From the sequence record LC765218.1: DNA of 64,000 bases, one strand, 5' to 3'. This DNA is from Pseudomonas phage BRkr. Below, in pieces: positions 26,950-36,695 of the stretch. Below the pieces are notes generated by a model that worked only from the letters and a program-made list of their open reading frames with translations, was not told where the DNA came from and did no database searches. A program made the translations under genes and the position numbers. How positions within the stretch are numbered: the first letter of the stretch is position 1; each line of letters starts with the position of its first letter.

Positions 26950-28584
26950 ATGCACGGAATCAACATGGGCATTTCCGCTGGTGCAGCTGTCAACTCGAAG
27001 TTGTCCGTACAGAACTTTGTTCTGGTGGAAACCGGCACCTATCAAGAACAGCACATTCGACCTTTCTCGATTAATGCTAACCAAGAAGTAGCTCGTCAAC
27101 TGGAACAAGCTACAAATGGTGGCATGAACCTTCGGGTAAGTGCTGTACAAGAAGTAGCTTCTTCGGTTATCACTCCCCAAGCATCGGTAGAAGGTAGTGT
27201 CGGTATTGCACATGGCTGGCGTTCTCGCCGGTTCCGCTTCTTGATGAAAGTGAATGAGCAACATCCATTCATTGCGGGAACGCTGACTCAACGTATCTTC
27301 TTTGGCTATAGTGACCACGCTGATGCATCTCAGAATTATCTGCCGGATGACATGCGTATCTACTTCAACTCCGAAACTATCATTGCTCAAGCTATTCAAC
27401 AAACCATTCATGGTCCCCAACACGTTGCATCGATCGTAGGTTCCAACCAGATCGTTTCTCCTGTTGACATGATGGGTGGAATGAATGGAATGTTCTCTCG
27501 TGCAACTGCTCACCTGATCCGTCCTGAAGATATCTTTAGTATTGGTCAAACAGCGCATGTGGCACAGAAACTGCAAAGCTCTGGTTTGTTTGACGGAATG
27601 ATCAATCGGTCCATCGACCATCGCACGATGGTTGGTGAAGGAGGAGCATACAAGTATAGCCAACGTCGAGATACCTCTCCAACTCGTTATCTGTCGAATA
27701 CTCTTGGCGCATACCAACATGCTGTCAAAGAGAATGCAATGGAGAACCAAGGGGATGATCTGTTCGGGGCTCCTGATAAAGATGTAATGTTTGGTGAAGC
27801 TGCTGCCCAGTGCAGGAATCAGCAGATCCATACTAACACCTTCTTGGCTGTTCTTAAAGATCATGCCGGGTATATGGAGAATGGCTATATCACTTTCCGT
27901 GATCTCAAGCGGCTCTTCCCTGAATGCGGCACCCAACAGGTTACTCAGTTCTCCATGAACGATGGCCGTTCAATCCGTCGTATTTCTCAGGCAGAAGACT
28001 CCGAAGTTTGGAGCGGTGCAGACTATACCTCCATTGGTGCAAGTCTGTTGGCACAGACCATTCCGTCGATCATGATGGATACCTTCCTCCGCACTTGCTC
28101 GTTTGCTGTAACTAATGGTACTGGTCCGAATAACTATTCGTTCGAGTTCCATCCGCAGAACTCTAAGGCTATCATTGATAACCTGGACATGCGTCAATAC
28201 ATTCTGGAATTCGAACGCCGCCTGGCTATCGATATCCTGAACAACATCACCCGTGGTAACCAGCTGCCGTTCCGTATCTCGATGCATTCGGACTTGGCTG
28301 GTGACTCGATCATCGATATTGCCATCGGTGGTCAGTCGCTGACTCGTTTCATTGCACCGACCTTTACGGATAGTCTGTTCTCCCCGATGATTACCCGTAA
28401 CGAGCAACACCCGACTAACCTGTCTGGTGATATGCTGTGGCTGGTACAAGAAGTAATTCCCAATCCGACTCAACATCAGGCTCTTCAGTCTGTCGGTTAC
28501 CAACATCCGGTAGCTGCACCCATCATGATGCCTAACGCTATTAACCAAGGAGCAAGCAATGTCGTTGATCTTGGACTCGTATAA
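26950..28584 (+). CDS. hypothetical protein
   Basis: 544 aa; AGAGGT RBS; host-like codon usage. Confidence 0.6.
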   Translation: MHGINMGISAGAAVNSKLSVQNFVLVETGTYQEQHIRPFSINANQEVARQLEQATNGGMNLRVSAVQEVASSVITPQASVEGSVGIAHGWRSRRFRFLMKVNEQHPFIAGTLTQRIFFGYSDHADASQNYLPDDMRIYFNSETIIAQAIQQTIHGPQHVASIVGSNQIVSPVDMMGGMNGMFSRATAHLIRPEDIFSIGQTAHVAQKLQSSGLFDGMINRSIDHRTMVGEGGAYKYSQRRDTSPTRYLSNTLGAYQHAVKENAMENQGDDLFGAPDKDVMFGEAAAQCRNQQIHTNTFLAVLKDHAGYMENGYITFRDLKRLFPECGTQQVTQFSMNDGRSIRRISQAEDSEVWSGADYTSIGASLLAQTIPSIMMDTFLRTCSFAVTNGTGPNNYSFEFHPQNSKAIIDNLDMRQYILEFERRLAIDILNNITRGNQLPFRISMHSDLAGDSIIDIAIGGQSLTRFIAPTFTDSLFSPMITRNEQHPTNLSGDMLWLVQEVIPNPTQHQALQSVGYQHPVAAPIMMPNAINQGASNVVDLGLV

Positions 28585-29878
28585 GTCTGTACTCCCCTCG
28601 TTCGCCTGCGAGTTCGATGAAGAAGGTTATATCAGCCTCCGCAATCCGGTAGGTACTGCTTCTCCTTCGACCGTAGACGGTAAACGTCTTGTAATCCCAA
28701 CCGATAAGTTCCTTCGCAAGGGATTCGGTGAAGACTTCCAGCCGTTCCACCCGCTGAGTGAAGCATTGAGTCGCCGGGGTACTTCCCCGGTGATTCAGTA
28801 TCTGCAACGCGCAGCAAAAGCACACATTAGTTTCGTCGTCCACAAAATGGCCGAACAACTTCTGACCATCGCAGCGGACAAGTCGTCCCACAAGGACCTG
28901 CCACCGGATGCAACTGACTTCCTGAAGAAACTGGCAGATGCGGATAAAGCAACTGTCGGTCTGTTCGAGAAACTGATGCCTGCTGCTACTAAGAAGAACC
29001 GACTGGTTGCAGTTTACTTGAAGAATGGCGGTACTTTCGATGGTAAGAAAGTAAACCGTATGGCGATCATTCGCTTCCCGATCCTGGAAGATCTTCAGGC
29101 TGAAACTGATGATGTTCTTGGTATCAAGATGGCGAAGAAACAACGTAAGGTTCTCACTGCGCTGTTCAAACTGATCGTTCCGTTTGGTGACAATCCGGAA
29201 GAGTATGCCTTTGGTACTACCAGCCGTGTTGCACCTTATTACACCAGTCTTCTGACAGCGTATCACAAAGTAATCGTGATGCTCAATCAGCTGATTAACC
29301 GGTACGCGATCCCACTGCAAATCCCCGTCAATCTTATTCCTGTGTTTGATCTGGATCTGATCGACGAGTTCCCGAAGATCTATAACCTTATCCCTCCGCT
29401 GAATGGCAACCTCGGTGGTCGTGATGAGGATACTCCGGAAACTGCCGAAGCTGTACAAACCCAGCAACAAGCACCGAGCGTTACTGCTCCACAAGCCAGT
29501 ACTCCTCAGCTGACTCGTCCCGCCGCAGTTGTTAGCAAACCTGTAGAAAAAGATACTGTCTCCATGAGCGAATTCATGGCCGCACAGAATCCCCAACCGC
29601 AGATGATGCAGCAGCAAATGGGAATGATGATGCCGATGAATAACGGCATGATGATGCCAGGCAATGGCATGATGCAGATGAATGGCATGGGTGGGATGAT
29701 GCAACCTATGCAAATGGGTAACATGCAGCCCCAGGGTATCCAAGCGAACGCACCCATTCCCGCGTGGATGGGTGGCCAACAACAGGGCACGATGATGATG
29801 GGTAACGGTCAACCGGCTAACCCGTACATGCAGGCTGTGGCTGGCATGCGTCAAACCAATGGTCTTGGATTGGTGTAA
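28559..29878 (+). CDS. hypothetical protein with a C-terminal Met/Gln/Gly/Asn-rich low-complexity tail
   Basis: 439 aa; AAGGAG RBS; last ~110 aa are MMQQQMGMMMPMNNGMMMPGNGMMQMNGMGGMMQPMQMGNMQPQG... Confidence 0.6.
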   Translation: MSLILDSYKSVLPSFACEFDEEGYISLRNPVGTASPSTVDGKRLVIPTDKFLRKGFGEDFQPFHPLSEALSRRGTSPVIQYLQRAAKAHISFVVHKMAEQLLTIAADKSSHKDLPPDATDFLKKLADADKATVGLFEKLMPAATKKNRLVAVYLKNGGTFDGKKVNRMAIIRFPILEDLQAETDDVLGIKMAKKQRKVLTALFKLIVPFGDNPEEYAFGTTSRVAPYYTSLLTAYHKVIVMLNQLINRYAIPLQIPVNLIPVFDLDLIDEFPKIYNLIPPLNGNLGGRDEDTPETAEAVQTQQQAPSVTAPQASTPQLTRPAAVVSKPVEKDTVSMSEFMAAQNPQPQMMQQQMGMMMPMNNGMMMPGNGMMQMNGMGGMMQPMQMGNMQPQGIQANAPIPAWMGGQQQGTMMMGNGQPANPYMQAVAGMRQTNGLGLV

Positions 29879-29888
29879 GACGGCATAA

Positions 29889-29914
29889 AGCAGGGGGCCT
29901 TAGGGTCCCCTGCT
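29889..29914. terminator. bidirectional hairpin between convergent genes (gacggcataaag flank)
   Basis: gacggcataaa-gcaggggg-ccttagggt-cccctgc-tgttgctttaaaatttt. Confidence 0.6.
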
Positions 29915-29920
29915 GTTGCT

Positions 29921-30283
29921 TTAAAATTTTCGACTAGTGTAGAACTGTTGTAATGCACCGATCTCGTTGTTAGATGGCTTGATCAAGATATTGTTGTACA
30001 CTTTGTCTAAAGGGTTACGGACATCTGCTGCAAACTGGTTTGGATTTTCCATGCCATTAACACGCAAATAAATCCAATGGAGTTCAGGCTCAATACCGAT
30101 CTCTGTTAAATACCCATAAAAGTTTCCTTCGTATTGCCAGTACAACTCATTCGGAATCTCTACTCTAACCGAGTTGATATTACGGAGAATGTTGATATGT
30201 GTTTCGACAATTAAACGGAAAGCTGGATCATAAAACATTGATGCTCCACCGTCACCGGTTTGTTCCATAATTGTAAATGCCAT
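29921..30283 (-). CDS. hypothetical protein
   Basis: 120-aa ORF convergent with the upstream + genes across hairpin 29889-29914; weak RBS. Confidence 0.45.
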   Translation of the reverse strand: MAFTIMEQTGDGGASMFYDPAFRLIVETHINILRNINSVRVEIPNELYWQYEGNFYGYLTEIGIEPELHWIYLRVNGMENPNQFAADVRNPLDKVYNNILIKPSNNEIGALQQFYTSRKF

Positions 30284-30314
30284 AGAGGAATCCTACAAAA
30301 AAATAATTTTCACA

Positions 30315-30324
30315 TCTATATAAT
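30315..30324 (+). promoter_or_regulatory. early-promoter-like motif TCTATATAAT
   Basis: aaaaaaataattttcacaTCTATATAATcattctg, 33 nt upstream of the RNAP beta gene (30357). Confidence 0.5.
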
Positions 30325-30356
30325 CATTCTGCACCAACGATCAACAGGAGTTATAG

Positions 30357-32468
30357 ATGCAAAGTCTACCAAATGCCATCCGTGAAATTAACCTGCGTTT
30401 GCTCGGTCACGCGGCAATTGATCCATATTACGGAACAACCTCCGCGGCACGCGGTGCCATGTTGCTGTCACATATTGGACAATCGCCAGTAGTGGAAGGG
30501 AACGAGCCACGTCGGGTAATGGCGGGTATCGAAATGCGTTATGCTGAACATACCTTCGATATTCGTTTCCCAACGGATTGCGTTGTTCTGAATATTATCC
30601 GTAAGTATCCCACTGGTGTGGGTCGTGGATCTATTCGACATAACCCCGTAACTACGATCGTGTATGAGGAGTATTACGACGAGTTTAAACGAATCGGTGT
30701 TATCCATGTACCAGAGTACCTAAGCTTTCACCAGGACTTTGGATTCAAACTTGAGAAGCAGAAAGATGTATGGAATAACCTTGCCGTTGGTGAGATGTTT
30801 GCCAAAGATACGGTTATTGCACAATCCACAACTGTAAAAGAAAATGGTCTTCTGGGCATGGGCGTTAACGCCACCGTGATGTTCGGTTCTATGCCTGGTA
30901 CTATTGAGGATGGTTTCGTATTCTGCGATGAGTTCCTTCGGGAGAAGATGGCTCCTCGTACTTATACAACCGCTACTGGCGGAGCTGGTAAGAAAGCATT
31001 CTTCCTCAATATGTACGGTGACGATAAAAACATCAAGCTCTTCCCTGATATCGGTGAACGTATTCGTGATGATGGTGTTATCTTCGCTGTTCGAGACCTT
31101 GATGACGATCTCTCGCCAGCTGAAATGACTCCACGTGCATTGCGCACCCTCGATCGTACGTTTGACCGTGCCGTAATTGGTGATCCGGGCGCAATCATTA
31201 AAGACATCAAAGTGTATTGGGATGATCGTCAAAATCCATCTTATACTCCGAGTGGTATGGATGGACAACTGCGGAAGTACTATGACGCACTGGCGTCGTA
31301 TTACCGTGAGATCATCAAGGTATATAAAGGTCTGTCTGCCCGCCGTAAAGATCGCCTCCATATGACCGAGGAATTTCGTCAACTTGTAGTAGAAGCGATG
31401 ATCTATCTGCCTCAAGCCGAAGGTCAACGTAAGCTGACCCGTATGTATCGACTGGATCAACTTGATGAATGGCGTGTTGAAATCACCTATGAATCGATTA
31501 AAGAACCGGGCGGTGCATATAAAGCCACTGATTTCCATGGCGGCAAAGGTGTCGTTTGTAAGATCATGAAGCGAGCAGATATGCCTCGTGACGTGAATGG
31601 TAACGTTGCAGATGTTGTTATCTTTGGCGGCTCGACTATGCGTCGTTCTAACTATGGTCGTATCTATGAACATGGTTTCGGTGCAGCATCTCGCGATCTG
31701 GCTCAACGTCTCCGAGTTGAATGTGGGCTAGAGCGTCATGGTTCCTATGAACTTGACGACGTTGTAAACCATATCAGAAACAATCCTGACTTTATCAAGT
31801 ATGCCTTTAATGAGCTGCTTGATTTCTATGCAATCGTTACTCCGACAATGCATGGAATGGTTAAGGATCACCCGAATCCGATTCAACATGTATCGCATGT
31901 ATTGAGAGATGGTTTTGCGTACTTGTATTCCCCGGTTGATGACCCCGTACATTTGCCGACAGCAAGTAACCAAATCCTTAATTCTCGCTTCTGTCCAACA
32001 TATGCACCGGTGACATATCGAGATCAAACAGGTAAAGAAGTAACGACAAAAGACCCAATGTTGCTTGGCCCGCTATACATGATGCTGCTCGAAAAGATCG
32101 GTGAAGACTGGTCGGCCGTAGCATCGGTGAAGACTCAACAGTTTGGTCTACCATCGAAACTGAATAACTCCGATCGGTCCAGTACACCTGGTCGAGAAAG
32201 CGCTATTCGTTCGTTTGGTGAATCTGAGACTCGATCTTACAACTGTACGGTCGGTGCACTACCCACGGTAGAACTGTTGGATCAAACCAATAACCCCGAA
32301 GCACACATTGCTGTGATCAACTCTATCCTCACTGCGGATAAACCGTCCAACATTGAGAAAGCAGTTGATCGTTCCAAAATCCCATTCGGTAACTCCCGAC
32401 CAGTTGGACTTCTGTCGCACTTGTTGGAATGCCGTGGATTGCAGTTCAAGTACGCGCCCGGTGTTTAA
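30357..32468 (+). CDS. multisubunit RNA polymerase beta, C-terminal fragment
   Basis: DFHGGKGVVCKI...ADMPRDVNGNVADVVIFGGSTMRRSNYGRIYEHGFGAAS aligns with E. coli beta RHGNKGVISKI...EDMPY...[29 protein letters not shown]; later GRESAIRSFGESETRSYNCTVGA resembles GGQRFGEMEVWALEAYGA; AGGAG RBS; promoter-like motif 30315-30324. Confidence 0.85.
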   Translation: MQSLPNAIREINLRLLGHAAIDPYYGTTSAARGAMLLSHIGQSPVVEGNEPRRVMAGIEMRYAEHTFDIRFPTDCVVLNIIRKYPTGVGRGSIRHNPVTTIVYEEYYDEFKRIGVIHVPEYLSFHQDFGFKLEKQKDVWNNLAVGEMFAKDTVIAQSTTVKENGLLGMGVNATVMFGSMPGTIEDGFVFCDEFLREKMAPRTYTTATGGAGKKAFFLNMYGDDKNIKLFPDIGERIRDDGVIFAVRDLDDDLSPAEMTPRALRTLDRTFDRAVIGDPGAIIKDIKVYWDDRQNPSYTPSGMDGQLRKYYDALASYYREIIKVYKGLSARRKDRLHMTEEFRQLVVEAMIYLPQAEGQRKLTRMYRLDQLDEWRVEITYESIKEPGGAYKATDFHGGKGVVCKIMKRADMPRDVNGNVADVVIFGGSTMRRSNYGRIYEHGFGAASRDLAQRLRVECGLERHGSYELDDVVNHIRNNPDFIKYAFNELLDFYAIVTPTMHGMVKDHPNPIQHVSHVLRDGFAYLYSPVDDPVHLPTASNQILNSRFCPTYAPVTYRDQTGKEVTTKDPMLLGPLYMMLLEKIGEDWSAVASVKTQQFGLPSKLNNSDRSSTPGRESAIRSFGESETRSYNCTVGALPTVELLDQTNNPEAHIAVINSILTADKPSNIEKAVDRSKIPFGNSRPVGLLSHLLECRGLQFKYAPGV

Positions 32469-32494
32469 CCGGGCTGCATGCCAAGAGGTAAATA

Positions 32495-34468
32495 ATGAAT
32501 CAGTATAAAGCACGTGATCTTCTCAATATGAGTTACGATGAACTCTGGGCGATTCCAAGTGAATGGCATGAGATCATCTTTGATGACGGGGAGAAACTCT
32601 ATGCAAAAGATCGGATCACCAAGCTGTCGGTTCTGCTCTGGTATCCACTGAAAGCTTTCCCTGATGCCCCGGTTCTGAAAGATTACCATCTGGCATCTAC
32701 TCGGGTTACCTCTAAATCTCTTGTGAAATACCTTAACAAAGTTATTTGGGGTATTCATGCATGGAGTGGTGAACAGATCGATCCAGAGGTTTTGGCTAAA
32801 CTGGCTATTGAAGGAAAGAATTGGCTTTATAATGAAACCACGACTCGACTGAGTGCTTACATTGCAACCCTGTCGATCTTTGACATTATGGAAGTGTACA
32901 ATCACCCGGCAGTTAGAAAGGCTAACCAAGATGTACAACCTACTACGTACGGGATTGAAAACATTTCTTACGGGATGATCAAAGAAGCATTCAACGACGA
33001 AACACAGTTCCGTGGTAACAGCATCATTGAGGGCCTGCGCTCGGGTACGCAGAAAATGGAGCAATTGCTTCAGGCATACGGACCACGTGGTTTCCCGACA
33101 GACATTAACTCTGATATTTTCAGTGAGCCGTGTACCACTGGTTACATTGATGGTATTTGGGGTTTGTATGAAAACATGATCGAATCCCGATCGGGTACCA
33201 AAGCTCTGTTGTATAACAAAGAGCTACTGCGTGTAACCGAGTATTTCAACCGGAAGTCTCAGTTGATTGCTCAGTATGTACAGAACCTACACACTGGTGA
33301 TTGTAATGGTCACTTGATCGACTTCCCTGTAATGCAGGGTACGTTGAAAGCTCTTCGTGGCAAGTACTATCTGAACGAACAGACAGGTCAACTGGACTGG
33401 CTGAAAGGGGATGAGAAACATCTTATCGGTAAAAAGATTAAGATGCGTTCTATTTTGGGATGTGTGCATCCGGATCCTCAGGGTGTATGTTCGCGGTGTT
33501 ATGGGCGACTAAGTTTCTCTATTCCAAAAGGAACTGTCATTGGTCAGGTATCGGCTGTATCCATGGGTGACAAAATCACTTCTGCGGTATTGTCGACAAA
33601 ACACACTGATGCAACCTCGGCTGTAGAACAGTATCAGATTGGTGGCGTCGAAGCTAAGTACCTGCGAACTGGATCTGCGGCTGAAACTCTTTATCTGAAG
33701 AAAGAACTCTCGGGTAAAGGTTTCCGCTTGATGATCGGTCGTAACGAAGCCCAGAACCTGGCTGATATTCTGATGATCGATGACCTTAGTGCATATCCAG
33801 CACCGAGTGCTTCTGAACTGACCCGTATTGGTTTGGTACGGACGGTTGATGGAGTAGACGAAGGCGATGTATTGACGGTGTCGCTGTATAACCGTCGAGC
33901 TAGTCTATCGACTGAAATGCTGCAACATATCAAACGTGTACGTTGGGAACTTGACGCTCGTGATAATATCGTGATCGATATGGCCGGGTTTGACTTTGCC
34001 CTGCCGTTCCTGACGTTGCCTAATAAGCACGTAAACATGTACGAAGTGATGAAGCGTATTCAGTCATTCCTGCACTCTGGTAGTGATACTGAAGGGTCTA
34101 AACTGAGCTCAGATAAGGTAGGTTTTACTAGCAAGACTTATCTTAAGAACTACAAAGACCCAGTTGATGCTTTGGCAGCCACTGTGTCGCTGTTGAATGA
34201 GAAGTTCTCTTTGAATGCCGTTCACTGTGAGGTTCTGGTTTATGCTATGATGGTGCGCTCTATCGCTGAACGCGATTATCGTCTGCCTAAGCCGGGTATT
34301 ACGGGTCAGTTTGAAAAATACAACAAACTGATGATGTCCCGTTCTCTTGCTGGTGCGATGTCGTTTGAGAAGCAACATGAGCCGTTGAACAATCCTGGCA
34401 GTTTCCTCTACACACTGAGGAATGACCATCCCTACGATCTTGCGGTCATGGGAGGTAAGCTGCTCTAA
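32495..34468 (+). CDS. multisubunit RNA polymerase beta-prime, C-terminal fragment
   Basis: GCVHPDPQGVCSRCYGRLSF...GTVIGQVSAVSMGDKITSAVLSTKH resembles the E. coli beta-prime Zn-II/trigger-loop region GVCAHCYGRDLARG...[31 protein letters not shown] RBS; immediately follows the beta part. Confidence 0.7.
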   Translation: MNQYKARDLLNMSYDELWAIPSEWHEIIFDDGEKLYAKDRITKLSVLLWYPLKAFPDAPVLKDYHLASTRVTSKSLVKYLNKVIWGIHAWSGEQIDPEVLAKLAIEGKNWLYNETTTRLSAYIATLSIFDIMEVYNHPAVRKANQDVQPTTYGIENISYGMIKEAFNDETQFRGNSIIEGLRSGTQKMEQLLQAYGPRGFPTDINSDIFSEPCTTGYIDGIWGLYENMIESRSGTKALLYNKELLRVTEYFNRKSQLIAQYVQNLHTGDCNGHLIDFPVMQGTLKALRGKYYLNEQTGQLDWLKGDEKHLIGKKIKMRSILGCVHPDPQGVCSRCYGRLSFSIPKGTVIGQVSAVSMGDKITSAVLSTKHTDATSAVEQYQIGGVEAKYLRTGSAAETLYLKKELSGKGFRLMIGRNEAQNLADILMIDDLSAYPAPSASELTRIGLVRTVDGVDEGDVLTVSLYNRRASLSTEMLQHIKRVRWELDARDNIVIDMAGFDFALPFLTLPNKHVNMYEVMKRIQSFLHSGSDTEGSKLSSDKVGFTSKTYLKNYKDPVDALAATVSLLNEKFSLNAVHCEVLVYAMMVRSIAERDYRLPKPGITGQFEKYNKLMMSRSLAGAMSFEKQHEPLNNPGSFLYTLRNDHPYDLAVMGGKLL

Positions 34469-34483
34469 GATGGAGGTCGAGGT

Positions 34484-34524
34484 AGGGAGGGCTTTGGCTC
34501 TCCCTTTCCCCTCGTTAATTTTTT
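34484..34524 (+). terminator. imperfect hairpin + T-run after the RNAP beta-prime C gene
   Basis: agggagggc-tttg-gctctccct then ttcccctcgttaattttttATG. Confidence 0.5.
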
Positions 34525-36059
34525 ATGCTACCGATACTCAAGGCTGAGCGCTATACGCATGGTGTCCGACTATCTGGGTATACTCGGGAAACGTTCGCTA
34601 AGATGCAGGGGTTTCTTGAAGGGCTTTCTTTGAAAGAACCTAAGAAAATCCCTGGTAATCGAATCATCATGGAACTCAAGAAAAAGTACTATGGTTGTTT
34701 CGAAGATCTATCAGAGACTTATATCCACCGAAATTCACTAGAAGACCTGATCGGTTATCTGGAGAACAAAGGTATCCCAAGAGAACGAGTCGAGATTGAG
34801 GATATCCCTGTCCCTAAAGCAGCAACTGCTGTTTACGAAATGTACGAGAAATACGTACTCCGGGATTATCAGGAAATCATCCGTGAAGATATTTTGCGTG
34901 ATTGGTTACATTCTGCACGGGTAGACTTGCAAACGGGAAAGGGAAAACCCTCACGAGCCTAGCGTCCTTGGCTTCGATGGGGGTAAGATGTGTTGTGATG
35001 GTTCCTCCCAAGTATTTTGGTATTTGGATTGAGGCTCTTCAGAACACTTACAAGGACATTGCCCAGAGATACATTACCATCTCGGGTTCCGCAGAACTCC
35101 AAAAACTAATAGATCGCGGCGTCGAAAACGATCTTGAAGGGATTGACGTTATTGTAATCTCTTCTACTACCTACCGGGCATATCTAGATAACTTTGAGAA
35201 GTATGGTAACCGACTCCATGAGCTCGGATACAATGTACCTCCACCCCGGTTCCACGAAGCAATACAAGCAGGACTGCAAATTAACGACGAGATTCAAGAA
35301 GATCCAGGACTAACCTTCCGTATCGATATTTACTCTAACATTAATAAGCAGATCTATTTGTCGGCTACTCCCTACACAGGGAACGCCTACGTGACGAAGA
35401 TGATTGACAAGATGTTGCCAGCAGAGACCATGTGTCGCCTGCCCAACTACGATGTCTACATCAACTGCATGGGGCTACTCTACACTGAACCAAAGATCAA
35501 ACCGAAGGATTATCTTACACCGTTTAAGAATACGTATAACCATGCGCGTTACGAAACGGTAATGATGAAAGATCCTAAACGGATGGATGACTATTTCAGG
35601 ATGGTCGGTCGTATTGCTGAGGGCGTGTATGTGAAAGATCGGTTACCTGGTCAGAAACTACTCCTCCTTTGTGCAACGGTCGCCTTTATTGAAAAACTGG
35701 TTAAATATCTGAAGACTAAGTTCCCTGACCTTGTGGTTAACGGACATGTCTCAGGTTGCAGTTATGAACAGTTACTTAAGAACGACATTACGGTGTCCAC
35801 TATTAAGTCATCTGGTACAGGTGTAGACATCCCTAATCTTCGTGAGGTAGTATTGTTACAAGCTACCGATTCCAAGAAAGATAACATTCAAATTCTGGGT
35901 CGTCTCCGTAAACTGAAAGACTTCCAAGATGTGGTACCTAGGTTGACCTACCTAGTGTGTGAAAACATACCGCACCACGTGAGATATGCTCGGAATAAAA
36001 GTGAGCATTTCGCCGGTAAAACTCTTTCAATGGTACTCAGACGGATAGCCATGCACTAA
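34525..36059 (+). CDS. SF2 (UvsW/DEAD-like) helicase, interrupted by a -1 frame change inside Walker A (ORFs 34525-34962 and 34902-36059)
   Basis: Frame 1 gives ...LRDYQEIIREDILRDWLHSARVDLQTGKGK then stops; the -1 frame continues TLTSLASLA..., restoring a textbook motif I (TGKGKT). Downstream motifs: SAT (YLSATPYTG), QxxGRxxR (IQILGRLRK). The second ORF has no ATG/RBS of its own (TTG artefact start). The junction is at G_GGA_AAA_C (34941-34948). Confidence 0.6.
34941..34948 (+). other. frame-change site inside the helicase gene: slippery-type heptamer G_GGA_AAA in an A4 run
   Basis: 0-frame codons aag gga aaa ccc; a -1 shift (or a fifth A) continues as acc ctc acg = TLT and restores Walker A. 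Confidence 0.55.
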
Positions 36060-36063
36060 TAAC

Positions 36064-36091
36064 AGCCCACCTTCGGGTGGGCTTTATACCG
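36064..36091 (+). terminator. hairpin + CTTTATACCG element
   Basis: agcccacc-ttcg-ggtgggct then ttataccg. Confidence 0.55.
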
Positions 36092-36106
36092 TTAAGAGGA
36101 ATAGAA

Positions 36107-36379
36107 ATGTCACCTGTGATCCTACTTATTGTTTCACCGATATTAACCGTCGTGATGTATGTATTGGAACTGAAGCTCCGTGAGGAGTACAGAACGGCGC
36201 ACTATAAACACTTGTTACGTTTAGCCGGACAGAACATCAAACCGAAGTTAATAAAGCAGTCTATAGAGTATTCTGAGATTGCATTGACCCGATTGATCCA
36301 TACGTTCGTAAAGAAATGTTACTTGGTATTAGCTTACTTTACGCTGACCATGTTCGTAATCGCTGCATCCCACATCTAA
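36107..36379 (+). CDS. small membrane protein 1 of 6 (TM at N- and C-terminus)
   Basis: ORF 36077-36379 trimmed to ATG 36107 with AAGAGGA RBS; hydrophobic N- and C-terminal stretches. Confidence 0.5.
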   Translation: MSPVILLIVSPILTVVMYVLELKLREEYRTAHYKHLLRLAGQNIKPKLIKQSIEYSEIALTRLIHTFVKKCYLVLAYFTLTMFVIAASHI

Positions 36380-36389
36380 GGAAATACAA

Positions 36390-36692
36390 ATGAAAACATC
36401 TCCCTCTGCTCTCCCTTTCCCCAACCTAATGTTCCTCCTTCTGGTAATTGTTATAGCAATTCCCGTTGTGGCATACATCTATCTACCTTATGCTGCACTG
36501 GCTATTTCAACAGGTGTACTAGCTGCATGTACCTGTGTTTTAGGTATCGGTAATGCACTAGTTGATCCAAATGCCTACGATACACCTAAACACTGGAGAG
36601 AGTATCGTTATTATCTAATCACTGGATTTGGGTTCTTCACTGTTGCTATGTTCGCAGCAGCTAATCTCAAATATGCATTTAAGTTCATTTAA
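36390..36692 (+). CDS. small membrane protein 2 of 6 (about 3 TM)
   Basis: 100 aa; AAGGAAA RBS; MFLLLVIVIAIPVVAYIYL..., GVLAACTCVLGIG..., ITGFGFFTVAMFAAA. Confidence 0.55.
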   Translation: MKTSPSALPFPNLMFLLLVIVIAIPVVAYIYLPYAALAISTGVLAACTCVLGIGNALVDPNAYDTPKHWREYRYYLITGFGFFTVAMFAAANLKYAFKFI

Positions 36693-36695
36693 AGC

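Noticed and set aside
28541-29854. 437-aa minus-strand ORF with bizarre His/Leu-rich translation
   Set aside because: Antisense to the 28559-29878 gene. Its H/L-rich sequence is just the reverse complement of the ATG/CAG-rich Met/Gln tail. Shadow ORF.
30720-31706. 328-aa minus-strand ORF inside the RNAP beta gene
   Set aside because: Antisense shadow ORF within a gene whose sense-strand identity (conserved RpoB motifs) is unambiguous.
34902-36059. Second helicase ORF as an independent gene with a TTG start
   Set aside because: No ATG/RBS; its first 13 codons overlap the upstream ORF, and the two frames together reconstruct one helicase with an intact Walker A. Treated as a single frameshifted gene.
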